The position numbers were made by a program, and so were the translations under genes. A model generated the notes under the pieces. It was given only the letters and a program-made list of their open reading frames with translations, had not been told where the DNA came from and ran no database searches. A DNA stretch of 63,665 bases, the filler included, from Craspedostauros australis (taxonomy: Eukaryota): the NCBI GenBank assembly GCA_030167865.1. It is 5 parts of 5 records of this genome, joined end to end, with 100 filler letters (N's around TTAATTAATTAA, not from the genome) between each part and the next. Parts side by side here need not be neighbours in the genome. Positions count along the whole stretch, not along the records: positions 20,137 to 48,661 come from JALAGF010005798.1; 4 more parts are not named here. One strand, 5' to 3'. Shown here in pieces: positions 31,815-43,653 of this stretch (position 1 is its first letter; every line of letters begins with the position of its first letter).

Positions 31815-33527
31815 ATGGGGACATCGTTGAAGCCATTGGCGGTCATCGTCATCACAGCAAGCGCTTGGTTCATCGTCACTTCCTTCATCCTCACAAGCAT
31901 CGCCATTGAAAGCACAAGCAACCATCTTCAGGACTATGATCATCGCGCGGTCAAAGATCCGCATCGGCTCGGGCATCGGCAAGATGACAAACGTGGCCCG
32001 ATCTCTGCCACCATCAATGGAAGCAGCGTGAATGTCCATGGAGAGCAGACCACACCACACGCAGCCACAAGTGCAAAAACAACGGCAACTTCAGGCACAA
32101 CCACGAGCAAACGCAACGACGAGCCGCTCAATATTCTGCTCCTGTACGCCGATGATTGGAGCTTCACCACACTCGGTGCGATGGGTAATCCCGTGGTCAA
32201 GACACCGCATCTCGACGATATGGCATCCAAAGGGATCCTCTTCACGCACAACTGCGTCACGACATCCATCTGCTTCGTCAGCAGGGCCAATCTGTACACA
32301 GGACAGTACGCCTCGCGACACCAGACCTTTCAGCCGTGGGAGAATTTGACCATGCTGCAACCGGACAACTGGAGGGATGCCTTGCACCCCCAACTCGTGG
32401 CGAACGGATATCACGTTGGGTTTTATGGCAAATGGCATCACAGCGAGGTGGAGATCCCACATGACGCAGTTCCGACGTTCACAGAGCATGCCTTCGCTCC
32501 TTGGGAGCATTACATCCAACTTGAGAATGGTGAGACGATGCACATCACAGAAGCCAACAAGCTTGATGGAATGCGGTTTCTGAAGGATCGTCCCAAAGAC
32601 AAGCCATTCGCTTTGACTATCAGCTTCTTTGCGACGCACGCGGAGGATGCCACAGAACAGCAGTACCGACCCATGAAGGAGACGGCGCATCTGTACGACA
32701 ATCAGACCATCCCGCATCCCAAGACGTACACGGAGAAACACTGGAATGATTTACCGCACTTCTTTGATGCGAACAACATGGCAAGAACGCGATTCCAAGA
32801 ACGGTACAAGGATGATGCTACCTATCAGGATATGATGACCAAGACGTACCGCATGGCATCCGAAGTCGACACGGCCTGCGGTGAGCTGATCCAGATGCTG
32901 GAGCAGCAGGGCGTTCTCAATTCCACTCTCGTCATCTTCACCACCGACAACGGCAACATGCACGGTCAGCACGGGCTGGCGGAAAAATGGTACGCCTTCG
33001 AAGAGAGCTTACGCGTCCCGCTCATCGTTATGGACCCCCGCATGCCGGCGCACACCATTGGAACGAAGAACTCTGATTTTACATTGAGCATCGACTTGGC
33101 ACCGACGATACTCTCCGCGGCCCAAATCTCGGTTCCGAGTCGCATGCAAGGTCGCGACATTGCCGAGTTGTACCGGAACGCATCGTCGCAGCCACAACCT
33201 GATGACCGCACGGCGGCGACGTTTCCACCATGGCGTCAAGAATTCTGGTACGAATTCTACACTCCGCCGTTGGCGTCGTTTGTGAAGAACCACAAGGCCC
33301 AGACCCGCTTGATGAAACGACGGCTGCCTTCCAACCTTGCCTTGATTCGGAAGGATCACAAATACATGTACTGGCCGGATCATCAGTACGAGCAGATCTT
33401 CCATTTGAAACAGGACCCGCACGAAGAATACGACGTGTACAACCAAACGCCGGCGTCGGTTGTGCTGGAATTGCGTGAGCGGATGGAGGCGTTGCGCGTG
33501 CGGGCGGTCGCAGGGCATCCGATGTGA
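31815..33527 (+). CDS. Formylglycine-dependent sulfatase (S1), membrane-anchored or secreted
   Basis: NILLLYADD, TPHLD, CFVSRANLYTGQY, GKWH, TLVIFTTDNG, EKW..FEESLRVPL, IDLAPT and DPHE. Confidence 0.92.
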   Translation: MGTSLKPLAVIVITASAWFIVTSFILTSIAIESTSNHLQDYDHRAVKDPHRLGHRQDDKRGPISATINGSSVNVHGEQTTPHAATSAKTTATSGTTTSKRNDEPLNILLLYADDWSFTTLGAMGNPVVKTPHLDDMASKGILFTHNCVTTSICFVSRANLYTGQYASRHQTFQPWENLTMLQPDNWRDALHPQLVANGYHVGFYGKWHHSEVEIPHDAVPTFTEHAFAPWEHYIQLENGETMHITEANKLDGMRFLKDRPKDKPFALTISFFATHAEDATEQQYRPMKETAHLYDNQTIPHPKTYTEKHWNDLPHFFDANNMARTRFQERYKDDATYQDMMTKTYRMASEVDTACGELIQMLEQQGVLNSTLVIFTTDNGNMHGQHGLAEKWYAFEESLRVPLIVMDPRMPAHTIGTKNSDFTLSIDLAPTILSAAQISVPSRMQGRDIAELYRNASSQPQPDDRTAATFPPWRQEFWYEFYTPPLASFVKNHKAQTRLMKRRLPSNLALIRKDHKYMYWPDHQYEQIFHLKQDPHEEYDVYNQTPASVVLELRERMEALRVRAVAGHPM

Positions 33528-33691
33528 TGCAATACATAGTTTGGTTACAGCAGGGGTGCGGTGGTGGAATCGACGCGTCAAGCCCCAGGCATGTACCATC
33601 CTCGTTTCCGAATTGAATACAGTATTCTCCAGAATAAAATGCGAATTGAGTGCTCCCTCTCTGAAGAGAGTTCTTCATTGTAGCCCTGTTG

Positions 33692-34603
33692 CTAATAATC
33701 ACCTGCAGCACCGCCATCATTCGCATCGCCGTCGCCCAGTAGATTTCCGATGCAACCATCGTCGATGGCATCCTGCGCCATTGCTTCCAGCTCCCGTTTC
33801 TGCTCCAGCCGTTCTTGGCGTTCCACCTCTGCCCGCTTGGCATCACCGAAGGCACCCTTGATGACTTTAGCGACGTCGTACTTCTGACCTTGAAAGTTGG
33901 ACGTCCCGTCCGTGACGTTTCCGCTTTGCAGCATGAAGTGATGCAGGACGATCGAGAAGCATGTCTCTGTGTTGAGCATGGAGTATTCCACACCGTGATC
34001 ATGCGCGCCGGAGAATTGATGTGGAACATGGCAGAATACATCGCAAAGCCGTGCCAGCGAGTCCGGAAGGCCTTTGGACTTCTTGCCAACGGCGAAGCAG
34101 ACGTTGCCGATGCCTTTCTGGATCGCGAATCTCCGATTGGTGACAGGGTGAGATTTGGGATAGGAAGCGACATCTTTGAATTCGGATGCAGATGTACATC
34201 GAGCTCGTTGTTGTTGTTGTCGCTGCGTTGAATTCTCGTTGTTTGTGTCTCCATCGTCGCTCTCTTCGTTGGCATCCACATAAATCATGTTGGTTGAGGC
34301 ATCTCGCCTTACGGAATGACCATCACCATCCGGACTGCCATAGACATCGCTGCCGCATCCGCCAAGGATTCCGCAGATCGTTATGCATTCCAACTCCTTG
34401 CGCAGAAACGCCAGCGCCTGATCATGGTTCGGAAATGCCACGATCTGCACGTGCTTCGACGCTCCATGTGACCCCTGCACGGCGCATTTCTCAAATCCGA
34501 CCGCGACGATGATGGGAATGCCGAACGCAGCGCAGCATCGCAGCAATGGTCCCCAGTTGCTGGATTTCGACGGGTTTTCAATCAGGACGAACGCGTGTCG
34601 CAT
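33692..34603 (-). CDS. SpoU/TrmH-family (SPOUT) RNA methyltransferase
   Basis: VLIENPSKSSNWGPLLRCCAAFG, FAVGKKSKGL..CDVFCHVP and SMLNTETCFSIVL. Confidence 0.75.
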   Translation of the reverse strand: MRHAFVLIENPSKSSNWGPLLRCCAAFGIPIIVAVGFEKCAVQGSHGASKHVQIVAFPNHDQALAFLRKELECITICGILGGCGSDVYGSPDGDGHSVRRDASTNMIYVDANEESDDGDTNNENSTQRQQQQRARCTSASEFKDVASYPKSHPVTNRRFAIQKGIGNVCFAVGKKSKGLPDSLARLCDVFCHVPHQFSGAHDHGVEYSMLNTETCFSIVLHHFMLQSGNVTDGTSNFQGQKYDVAKVIKGAFGDAKRAEVERQERLEQKRELEAMAQDAIDDGCIGNLLGDGDANDGGAAGDY

Positions 34604-35286
34604 CTTTCATGTCGTCTTGGTTTGGGGAGCTGAATTCGACGAATGGTATGCGGAAATGTGATTGGAGGCGATGATGACGATGACGATGGTGGCAACGATG
34701 ATGGCAACGATGATGTCCTTCGTGTGTGCCGCCAGCTCACTTCTCATGTTTCTTGTTGCGTGATGTTGTGTTGGTCGTTACATTTTGGCACCAATCCCGG
34801 TTTGTGATTCGGCCAGACCGTTTATAATCCAAATAGTAAATGTCATATACATTATTTTACCGCAGCTTTCGCATCGGCTAACCGGGACTCGGTTGTCTCC
34901 ATCTTGTTGAGGTCGATTGAGTCGAAGGTGATTGTTGTCACGACCAAAACGGTTGTGTTTTCGGCCACATTTTTGGCCACATCGAAGCCGAAACTCGTCA
35001 ACACAACGCCCAACAGAGAACCCAGCCCTTGTCGATGTTGGTGTTGATGGCCTCGCGAGCGCTTCGTGAACTCGTGATGGAGAGCAAACGGGATGGGATT
35101 GGCGAATGGTCCAACTGTTGCTCAGATGATGGAAACAAAAGAAGTGATCGCAGCACCCGTCACCGTTGTGCCATCCACTATCGATTTGATTGAGAATACC
35201 GTGCCATCGACAACAAAAAAGCCAGTCCCTCGTCTTCCCCATCAACGCCTTTGCAAAGCACAACTTCAGTTCGACAACGGCTCGTC

Positions 35287-36750
35287 ATGAACTTCAGCAC
35301 AAGGCAGCGTGTGCTCATCGTATCGTTGTTCTTTGTGTCGGCCTTGCTGCAGCAACATCGGCATCAATGCAAGGCCATCAAAGCGCGAGATGTGTGGAGG
35401 AACACTCATGGGAAGAGGAAGTTCCCAGGGAAGGGCAGCAAGAGCAGCAGCAAGAGGAGTAGCGGGAGTGGCAAAGGGAGCAAGAGCGACAGCTCAGGTG
35501 CGAGCACAAGCGCAAGCAGCAGCGATTCAAGTTCCAGCAATGACGTGTCGTTCTTTCCGATCATTGACATGCCGACGACTGGAACAACAACAACAACAAC
35601 AGCTGCTACGACAGCAGCACAGGGGAATACAACTACAGCTGCAACTACGAGTTCAAGTTTGAGCTCAAGTTCGAGTAAGAGCAAGAGTGCAGGCAAAGGG
35701 AAAGGCAAGGGCAAGGGCAAGGGGCAAGATGAGAGCCGCAGCACAAGCGGAAGCAAAAGCTCGAAATCGGACACAGCAAAAGTCAAGGGCAAAGGGGGGA
35801 ACAAGATGACCAAAAAGAGCAGCAAGTTCAAACCCAAATTCAAGAGCAGCAAGTCGAGGGGACAAACTCCGTCGATATCGCCGTCACATTCACGTTCCGT
35901 CAGCCCAACCTCCTCGGCCTCCATGCTGCCGAGCGAATCACCGACCTTCACGACGACAATCACAACAAGTCCATCATCAATGAACTTCCCATCTCAGTCA
36001 CCCACAACACGGACATCCAATGAACCATCCATGATGCCATCTGCGGCGTCATCTATGAACGGTATGGCGAATCCACCATCGTCATTTCCATCGCAGCAGC
36101 CGTCGCAAGCGCCAAACTCGAATCCAACATCCGCTCCAACCCAACCGCCCACAATGCTCCCGACGCAAAGACCAACTCCAACGCCAACCGCTATTCCAAC
36201 TGAAACACCAACTGCAACGCCAACCACTATTCCAACTGCAATACCAACCGCTATTCCAACTGTGATGCCAACGACACGGCCATCTCGGTCGCCATCAACG
36301 GCACCATCTGAGCAACCCACCTCCATGCCAGTCACAGGCTGCGATCCAACTGAGTTGAGAATCCTGAACTTGTGGTTGATCGACGCCGATCGCGATATCC
36401 GTTTGCGTACCATCATGGATGGCGATGTCCTGTCTCTCGCGGAATTGAATGCAACCTTCGCCGCCACGAGCTTCAGCTTCGAGGCTGAGGCCAACTTGCT
36501 GGTCGGCAGCGTCGTTTTCGATAGCACCCGGATATCAGGGACTGGACCGCCGGATACGCGCAATCAGTTGGAGCGCAGTCCCCCGTTTGCTCTCTTTTCC
36601 GATAACGCCGGCGACTTTCAGGCGGTGCCGGATCCGTTGGGTGCCTGGACTGTGGAGGCGACGCCGTTCTGCAGGAACGACGGGAGGGGGCGGGCGGGGA
36701 CGTCTTTGGAATTATCCTTCATGGTGGTGGAGGCGACATCGACGATATGA
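35287..36750 (+). CDS. Secreted Lys/Ser/Gly-rich, Pro/Thr mucin-like protein with a C-terminal globular domain
   Basis: Hydrophobic N-terminus, GKGSKS/GKGKGKG blocks, PSxxPS/PTxxPT repeats and a C-terminal domain of about 130 aa. Confidence 0.75.
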   Translation: MNFSTRQRVLIVSLFFVSALLQQHRHQCKAIKARDVWRNTHGKRKFPGKGSKSSSKRSSGSGKGSKSDSSGASTSASSSDSSSSNDVSFFPIIDMPTTGTTTTTTAATTAAQGNTTTAATTSSSLSSSSSKSKSAGKGKGKGKGKGQDESRSTSGSKSSKSDTAKVKGKGGNKMTKKSSKFKPKFKSSKSRGQTPSISPSHSRSVSPTSSASMLPSESPTFTTTITTSPSSMNFPSQSPTTRTSNEPSMMPSAASSMNGMANPPSSFPSQQPSQAPNSNPTSAPTQPPTMLPTQRPTPTPTAIPTETPTATPTTIPTAIPTAIPTVMPTTRPSRSPSTAPSEQPTSMPVTGCDPTELRILNLWLIDADRDIRLRTIMDGDVLSLAELNATFAATSFSFEAEANLLVGSVVFDSTRISGTGPPDTRNQLERSPPFALFSDNAGDFQAVPDPLGAWTVEATPFCRNDGRGRAGTSLELSFMVVEATSTI

Positions 36751-37472
36751 CAATGGTTCCGTGGGAAGTTGAAGCAAATGGGATGACATGAAATGAAATG
36801 GGGTCAGATACGTGGCATTCCACGTTGTGCCAGGGAGTGCATCGTCATGTTTGTATGTTGGGTAGAGTACACGGATTGACTGCCCAGAGGGAAGTCGATC
36901 ATCTCCGGCTGGTTGCTATCCAGGAGAGAAAGTGCCCCAGCCTGGCGCGAGTACAAGTAATATAGCTGCTGCGGCGGACTCATCACACGATAGAGTACCA
37001 GCGCACAATATTTTTGCAATGGCCTTCGTGTCTTTACCTTAGAGTGGATGGCAATGGAGAATGGACCGAGAGGGCAGCAACTACAGCGATCACGTGGTTG
37101 TTTGTTTGGCCGCAGTGCCCGTATCTAGTCTCGCCGTTTTAGACTGCGAATTGTTCTTGTCGTGTCGAGACTGTTCGCCTTCCACGTGGCAACGATCACC
37201 GGACTGCGACAGAAACCAACCAATTCGCCATTTCGCAATGGTGCGATCTGTCGCGATGTGATGTGCTTTGGTTTGTCGGAAGATACACGCAGAGGAAGAC
37301 CGAAGAGGGCAGAGCAGAAGAGATCTGCAGGTACACACTTCGCAGCCTCTCTTCTGCGTATTGTGGTAGGCATTGGCATTGGAGGCAGCGCACAAGCAAT
37401 CACAGAGGCAATCGAGCCGCTCATTCATTCGTCGATCCATCAGGTGCATTGCGATCGTTCATTCATACGGCA

Positions 37473-39411
37473 ATGAGGCCATCATCGGCAGCAGTCCTCA
37501 CATCGTGGAATACCAACGACCGTGCCGCAGCTTCTGCGCCAAAGGTTCTCGCGCTGAGTTCCATGACTGCATCCATGGTGCTGTCACTGACGCTCGCACT
37601 GCTGTGTGCACCAAATGCAGCGCAGGCATTCACAGCAGGCCAAGCATGTGCTTTCATTGCCACGCCGAACAGGCGGAAACCGTTGGCAGGAGCAGCGTCC
37701 TTGGCATCGCGTGGATTGTTCCAGCGTGATGGGACAGGCAACCGTATCATGAGCAGCAGCAGGAGCAGCAGCAGCAGCTTGGCATCGTCCGCTCCATCAG
37801 ACAACTTCAAGGGAGGCGACTTCGGTGAGGATGAAGCAGAAGACGACGACGACGATGATGATGATGAACTCCAAACGGAGGATCCGTACAAAGCGGTTGC
37901 AGCATCCGAGTTCGAAGACGCCACCGACAGCGGCAGCAACAGGAACCAGTCTTCGTTGGTCTATCAACCCAACATGCCCATGTCCAGCGACGGAACCCCG
38001 ACCACCAACGTCGATTGGGGCGGCGCTTTGGGCATGTTGCGACAGCGCGTGGACGATGTGGAGAGCGGCAAATCACAGGACCCCGCTCACGTCCTCTTCC
38101 GCGACATCTCGTCGCAAACGCCCAACATGCTCATAGGCAGCTTCATCACATCGGCCAACCCGCAGGTCGTTCAGGCCATGTCCTCCGCCGTCACATCCTT
38201 GCTCGGCGGACTTGGCAATCCCGCGACCGGCATGGAGACCATCGTGCGCGCCAGCGGCGAGAGGATCGGATCCCTCTGCTTCCAGCTCCAGATGACGGGA
38301 TACATGTTCCGCAACGCCGAGTACGTCATGGCCCTGCGCGACGTCATGAACCTCAAGGGCACGGCCACCATGTCGGACTACAAGGAGGCCTTCGACCGGT
38401 TGGACGCCGACCAGTCGGGATTCATCGACTCGGAAGAGGTCAAGGATTTGTTGGATGACGTCTACGATGGAAATACCCCGCAGTACGAGGTCGACACCTT
38501 CGTGCAGTTCTTTGATTCCAACCAGGATGGCAAGATTTCGTGGGAAGAGTTTGAGAAGGGTTTGGGAGAAGCAGCGGAGACCAGCGAGAAGCACGATGCG
38601 GCGCAGGTCCTGCTGGGCTCCACCTTCGGTCGGACCATGGACGATGAGGATGAGGATGAAAATATCGAGCTCGAAGCGAATGTATCCGGTGAGTTATGTG
38701 AAGTATTGTGATGTGGTGTGACGTGACGTAATGTGACACGTATGGGAGTGTGTTGTTTGTTGTGCTGTTTGTTGTGCAGTTTGTTGTGCAGCTGGATACA
38801 TTGATCAGGGATGGAGTGTGTCAGCTGTTCCTACTTTGCCCAAAACTCACACCATATCCCCGAAATGCACGTGCACGTGCAAACGAATTGACATCACAAT
38901 CGCAGGAATGATCGAGGTGGAACTGGGAGACGGCAACGTGGTGGAAGTGGAAGCCAATGAGTACATTGACACTCTGAAAGAGGAGGCGCGCGCATTGAAG
39001 GCGGCGTTGCGCAAGGAAAAGTACGGCGAATCGAGCGATGCCATCGACCTGAGCGATCCGACATCGCCGGGATTCGTGCCACCGTCGGGTGCCGGACCCA
39101 ATGAGGTTGGCGGCAACATCGCCGAGTACATTGCCTCGCGCAAGGGAGATGTGAAGAGTCTGACGCAGAACGTTTCGCCGGAGGTGATGGAGACCATGAA
39201 GCGGCTTGTCGACTTTGTGCTGGAGGGTGGCGATTCCGGCGATGGCAGCGGCAACCCATCCGGCAAGCCCATGACGGCTGGAGAGAAGGCCAAGATGGAA
39301 ATGGCGATCCCAGGTTCCGCCCTCCAGCAGCTGGCGTTGTGGCAGTTGGTAATCGGGTACAAATTGCGAGAAAGCGAGGCGACCGGCGATTACCTCAAGC
39401 TGCTGGAATAG
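37473..39411 (+). CDS. Plastid-type DUF760 protein with two EF-hands; exons 37473-38688 and 38906-39411
   Basis: AQA-FT presequence, LQMTGYMFRNAEY and LWQLVIGYKLRESE (DUF760-like), EF-hands DADQSGFIDSEE and DSNQDGKISWEE, and a GTGAGT...CAG intron at 38689-38905. Confidence 0.82.
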
Positions 39412-40178
39412 GATCGAGCTTGGATGCACGCAACTATGCACGTAGCTGTAGTGATAGCATGTGGTAGAATGTGGCACATGCGCGTAACACAGTAGATCGT
39501 CAGGCATGTGCGAGTACAACAATTGCGATGATAGTGATCGAGCCATTTAGATGTTACAAAAAGTACAGCAGAGTCCTGGTTTCAAGTGTTTACTTGTTCA
39601 TGGGCATGGTAGTAGAGTATGTGGCCTCTCTTGAGATCAAAACGACAGAAGACCCTGCGATGATGCCACACTTGAAATGAGAAGAGAAAGACTGACCTCT
39701 GCGACGAACGTACAGCATCATGGTGACTGCACCGCAGCTTGTTGCACTCTACGAATACGCGTAGCCATACGAACATCTTCAAATACACACATTATCATGT
39801 TCATCATTCATTGAATTCCCATTCTACGAGTAAGTTTGATTCAGTGTTGAGGTTGAATGCTACCAATTCGTGATGCTCTCTTGCTTTTGCTTGTGTAGTA
39901 TAATATTATCCATTGCTCTACTTCAAAATGGAGTGCATGCTTCATGATGATGTTGAGCGTGCTACCCTAACGATACGATACAAGCGCACGCATTGCTATT
40001 TGCAGCAGTTTGGGGTGGCTTGGTTGACTTATGAATTCCATGAGTTCCATCCAAGCATCTCTCCATTCAAGCGTCCGCGATTGATGGACATGGACCGCTC
40101 TCCATACGACTCCACTTGATGGCACCGCTGTCGAGTTCTTGGGGCATTTCGCCATGCAATGCTCTGCCATGCTCTGAT

Positions 40179-40538
40179 CTACCACGTCGACTGACCATCC
40201 CAGCCGCCATTGCCGTCGCTGTTGCTATCGACGCTCTCCGTGAGAGTCTGATCCACAACGAGCTTCTGCTCGTACATCTCCTCCGTGGGCTTGGTCTCCA
40301 CGACCTTGCCCAGCATGTTGTTGATCTTCTCCGTGACCTTGTGGCAGTCGCCGCCCTTGACGCCGCGCACGACCTCCTCGACGCGTCCATCGGGGAAGAT
40401 CTTGAATTCGATCTGCTCCAATCCCCCGATGCCCTCGTTGGCGACCGACAGCGCGGAACCGGCGTTGCGCGGCATCATGGGCGCGAAGGCGGTGGCGGTG
40501 CTTGCCACAGCGGCTGCGATCAGTAGTCGGTTCATCAT
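40179..40538 (-). CDS. DUF2997-like small plastid protein
   Basis: ATA-FAP bipartite signal and IEFKIFPDGRVEEVVRGVKGGDCHKVTEKI..LGKVV..KPTEEMY. Confidence 0.8.
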   Translation of the reverse strand: MMNRLLIAAAVASTATAFAPMMPRNAGSALSVANEGIGGLEQIEFKIFPDGRVEEVVRGVKGGDCHKVTEKINNMLGKVVETKPTEEMYEQKLVVDQTLTESVDSNSDGNGGWDGQSTW

Positions 40539-41215
40539 CGTCTATAACAGAATATGATGCTAAGGTAGAGTAGTCGTATGTGTTGCAAGTTGTGTGGCTT
40601 CAAGTTGTCAGTTCCTTCGAATTGTGTTCTGTTGTGCAGAAAGTACCATCTGTTTGTGTTGTGGCTGTTGTTGTTCGTTGGCACAAGTCATTGAATTCTG
40701 TCGAAGTATTCTGGGAGACGAAGAAGATCGTGACGTCACGAATATCCACGTTTTCTGCGGGAACGAAACATCCAATGTCGTCATGTTCAGACAAACATAC
40801 ATCATCACGATCTCGAAACGAAAAGGAAGGAAGAAGAGGCAAGAGTGAGGACGATGAACGAATGAATGGTTCTCATGGCAGTTACGACCGTGGCGACCCA
40901 CGATGACCACGACGATCTGCGATGGCGGCGATGTGCGGCATGTTTGGGAATTGCCTCCACAAACAACACAAGAAGGGGAGAAACAGAGCCAAAAAGAAGG
41001 GATGAAGAGGATCGCACCCCACACATCATCATCTCTGCGATCACCATTGTCAACAACCTTGCAACTGTGATAACAAGACAACAACACGACAGATCCCAGC
41101 TCACGACGGCTCGCAGCAGTACTCCCCGAACATAGCCGGAGTATTCGTTCAACACTTCGAAAGTGGTCCCACTCCTCCTCCCACCATCACGCCAACGACC
41201 GCTCGTGCTTGAAAG

Positions 41216-42927
41216 ATGACGACCAGCGCCGTTCTCGTATCGAGCTTGTTGAGAAGGCGGTCCGTGAGCGCAGTCTCGGCGGTTCCTCTCCAATGCCTCT
41301 CCAACACGGCGGCAGCGACGAGTTCTGCATCTCGCAACATCGCTGATCGCAGAAATGCCGCCGCGAGACAGCACGGACGATCGTATCACACCGGCAGATC
41401 GTTCTTGCGCCACACGGCGTTGCATCGCATCCGCAGCAACAATGCCACCGCCGATCGGTGCCGTCTCATGTCCTCGGCGTCCAAGCGAGATTTCTACGAC
41501 GTGCTGGGCGTTCCCAAGGGAGCCGACAAGGCGGCAATCAAGAAGGCATACTTCAAGCTTGCCAAGCAGCATCATCCCGACACCAATCAGGTCAGTTATT
41601 GCTTCTGGGCATTGCGTCTGGGCATTGCGTCTGGGCTTTGGGAGCTGCTCTTTCTTCTGCTCCGTATCCATCGATTTCTTCTTTCGTCGTTTGCATTTCT
41701 TGCACTGATTGCATCCATCGGCTTTCAAACGAGCAGAGTATGATATTCTTCACTTCGCTGTATCATGCGAACTTCACTTTCTTTCGTTGTTCTCACCAAA
41801 TCTTACTCCACCCGACTCTATCCACTCTATCACATTCCAATTGGCATTGGTATTGGTATTGACATACTCTCTACTTTGTCTCTGATGGACCGCAGGGAAA
41901 CGAAAAAGCAGCAGAAAAGTTCAAGGAGGCCACCGAAGCGTACGAGGTGTTGACGGATGACGAAAAGAGACCGCTCTACGATCAGTTCGGCCATGCGGGC
42001 GTGGACCCCAACTTCCAAGCCGGCGGCAATCCATTCGGCGGAGGCGGCGGTGGCTTCGACTTTGGCGACGGATCCTTCCACTTCACATCCTCGGGGCCGG
42101 GCGGTCAGATCGATCCGGAGGACCTGTTCGATGCCTTCTTCGGTGGTGGAGCACGTCGGCAGCGCGGACCACGCCGTGGCGCCGACTTGCAGATGAACGT
42201 GCATTTGACCTTCCAGGAGGCAGTGTTTGGTGCCTCCAAGGATGTCAACCTCAGATACCAGGTGGTGGATCGTTCGACGGGCAAGGCGGAGATCAAGGAA
42301 CGCGAGGTCACCGTGGAGACCCCGCCTGGCATTGACGATGGCATGAATTTACGGCTCAATGGCCAGGGAGCGGAAGGCGATCCAGGCGCCCCGCGTGGCA
42401 ACCTCATCGTGCAGGTGGTCGTGGACAGGGATGACTACTTCATGCGCGACGGAGCCAACGTCCACGTCGAAGTACCGATCTCCGTCACGCAGGCCATCCT
42501 CGGTGGCACCGTCGACGTCAAAACGCTGCAGGGCGAGGTAGAGATGAAGATCCCCAAGGGCACGCAACCCGATGCCAGACTCATGATGCGCGGCAAGGGC
42601 ATCCAGAAGCTTCACAGCGGGGCGAAGGGCAACCAGATCGTCCATCTCAAGATCCAAATTCCCACGGACATCACGGCGCGACAGGAGGAGCTGTTGCGGG
42701 AATTTGATGAAGATTCCGCAAAGCCAGGCATCACCGGCAAGATCGCGGAGGCCGCAGAGTCGGCATTCTCCTCCATCTTTGGCAGCAAACCCGACAAGCA
42801 GAACAAGAAGCGGCGGCGGCGGAAGGACAGCGATTCGAAGTCGAAGGATGATGATTCCACGAAGGCGACGGATTCGGATAGCGATGATGAGTCCAGCACG
42901 GATGGCAAGAAGGAACAGGCGGTGTGA
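41216..42927 (+). CDS. dnaJ: DnaJ/Hsp40, probably mitochondrial; exons 41216-41590 and 41896-42927
   Basis: R/S-rich presequence, J-domain DFYDVLGV...HPD|...AYEVL..YDQFG, G/F region and C-terminal domain. Intron at 41591-41895. Confidence 0.9.
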
Positions 42928-43653
42928 GCGGATGCAACGTATGATTATTGGCAGAGTCGCATGATACCACACAATCATGGTGCAGTATTTTGCATCATTT
43001 GCTTCTGCATGAACTTGTCCATCGAACAGTCTCAAGAATGATATGTCATGATTAACAGACGCAGCATTAGAGAGTATTCCCACAATAGCAAGGAACAGTC
43101 AAGTAGATCATGATGCTCTGGCATTGTGAGAGTGACGAAAGCACACTGAGCACCCTGAATAGTCATACGACAGCGACGAATCAGGAATGTGGTTCTCCCT
43201 TTGTATTCGTCTCTCTCTCTAGCCAAAGAAGCCATTCTATGGGCGATGAATCCGATTGGAGTGAGTTGTCTCCCTTGAATTGCCGGAAGTTTGTCAGTTC
43301 TGTTCACCTTTTGTTCTTGGGACATTTCTCGCATCACAAAGTCAGCCGAAGACGGATCGCGTCGTACAAAACAGTTGGCACAGAACAAAATTCGGTTGTT
43401 GGTGTTGTCATCGGCGTTGCAGTTGACACATCCGCATCATCATCGATGTTGCCGTCCTTGTTGTGGCCGCCATTCACCTCATTATCTCCACAATCACGAT
43501 CACAATCACAATCACAACTCCGAAGAGCAACAAACGCAATACCTTTCACGATCAGCATCATAATCGTACCACACAACAGCCAACGTCTTCATCATCCAGT
43601 GATCGGTGATCAGTGAACAATCATCAATCATCAATCATCGCTGTTCATTGTGT

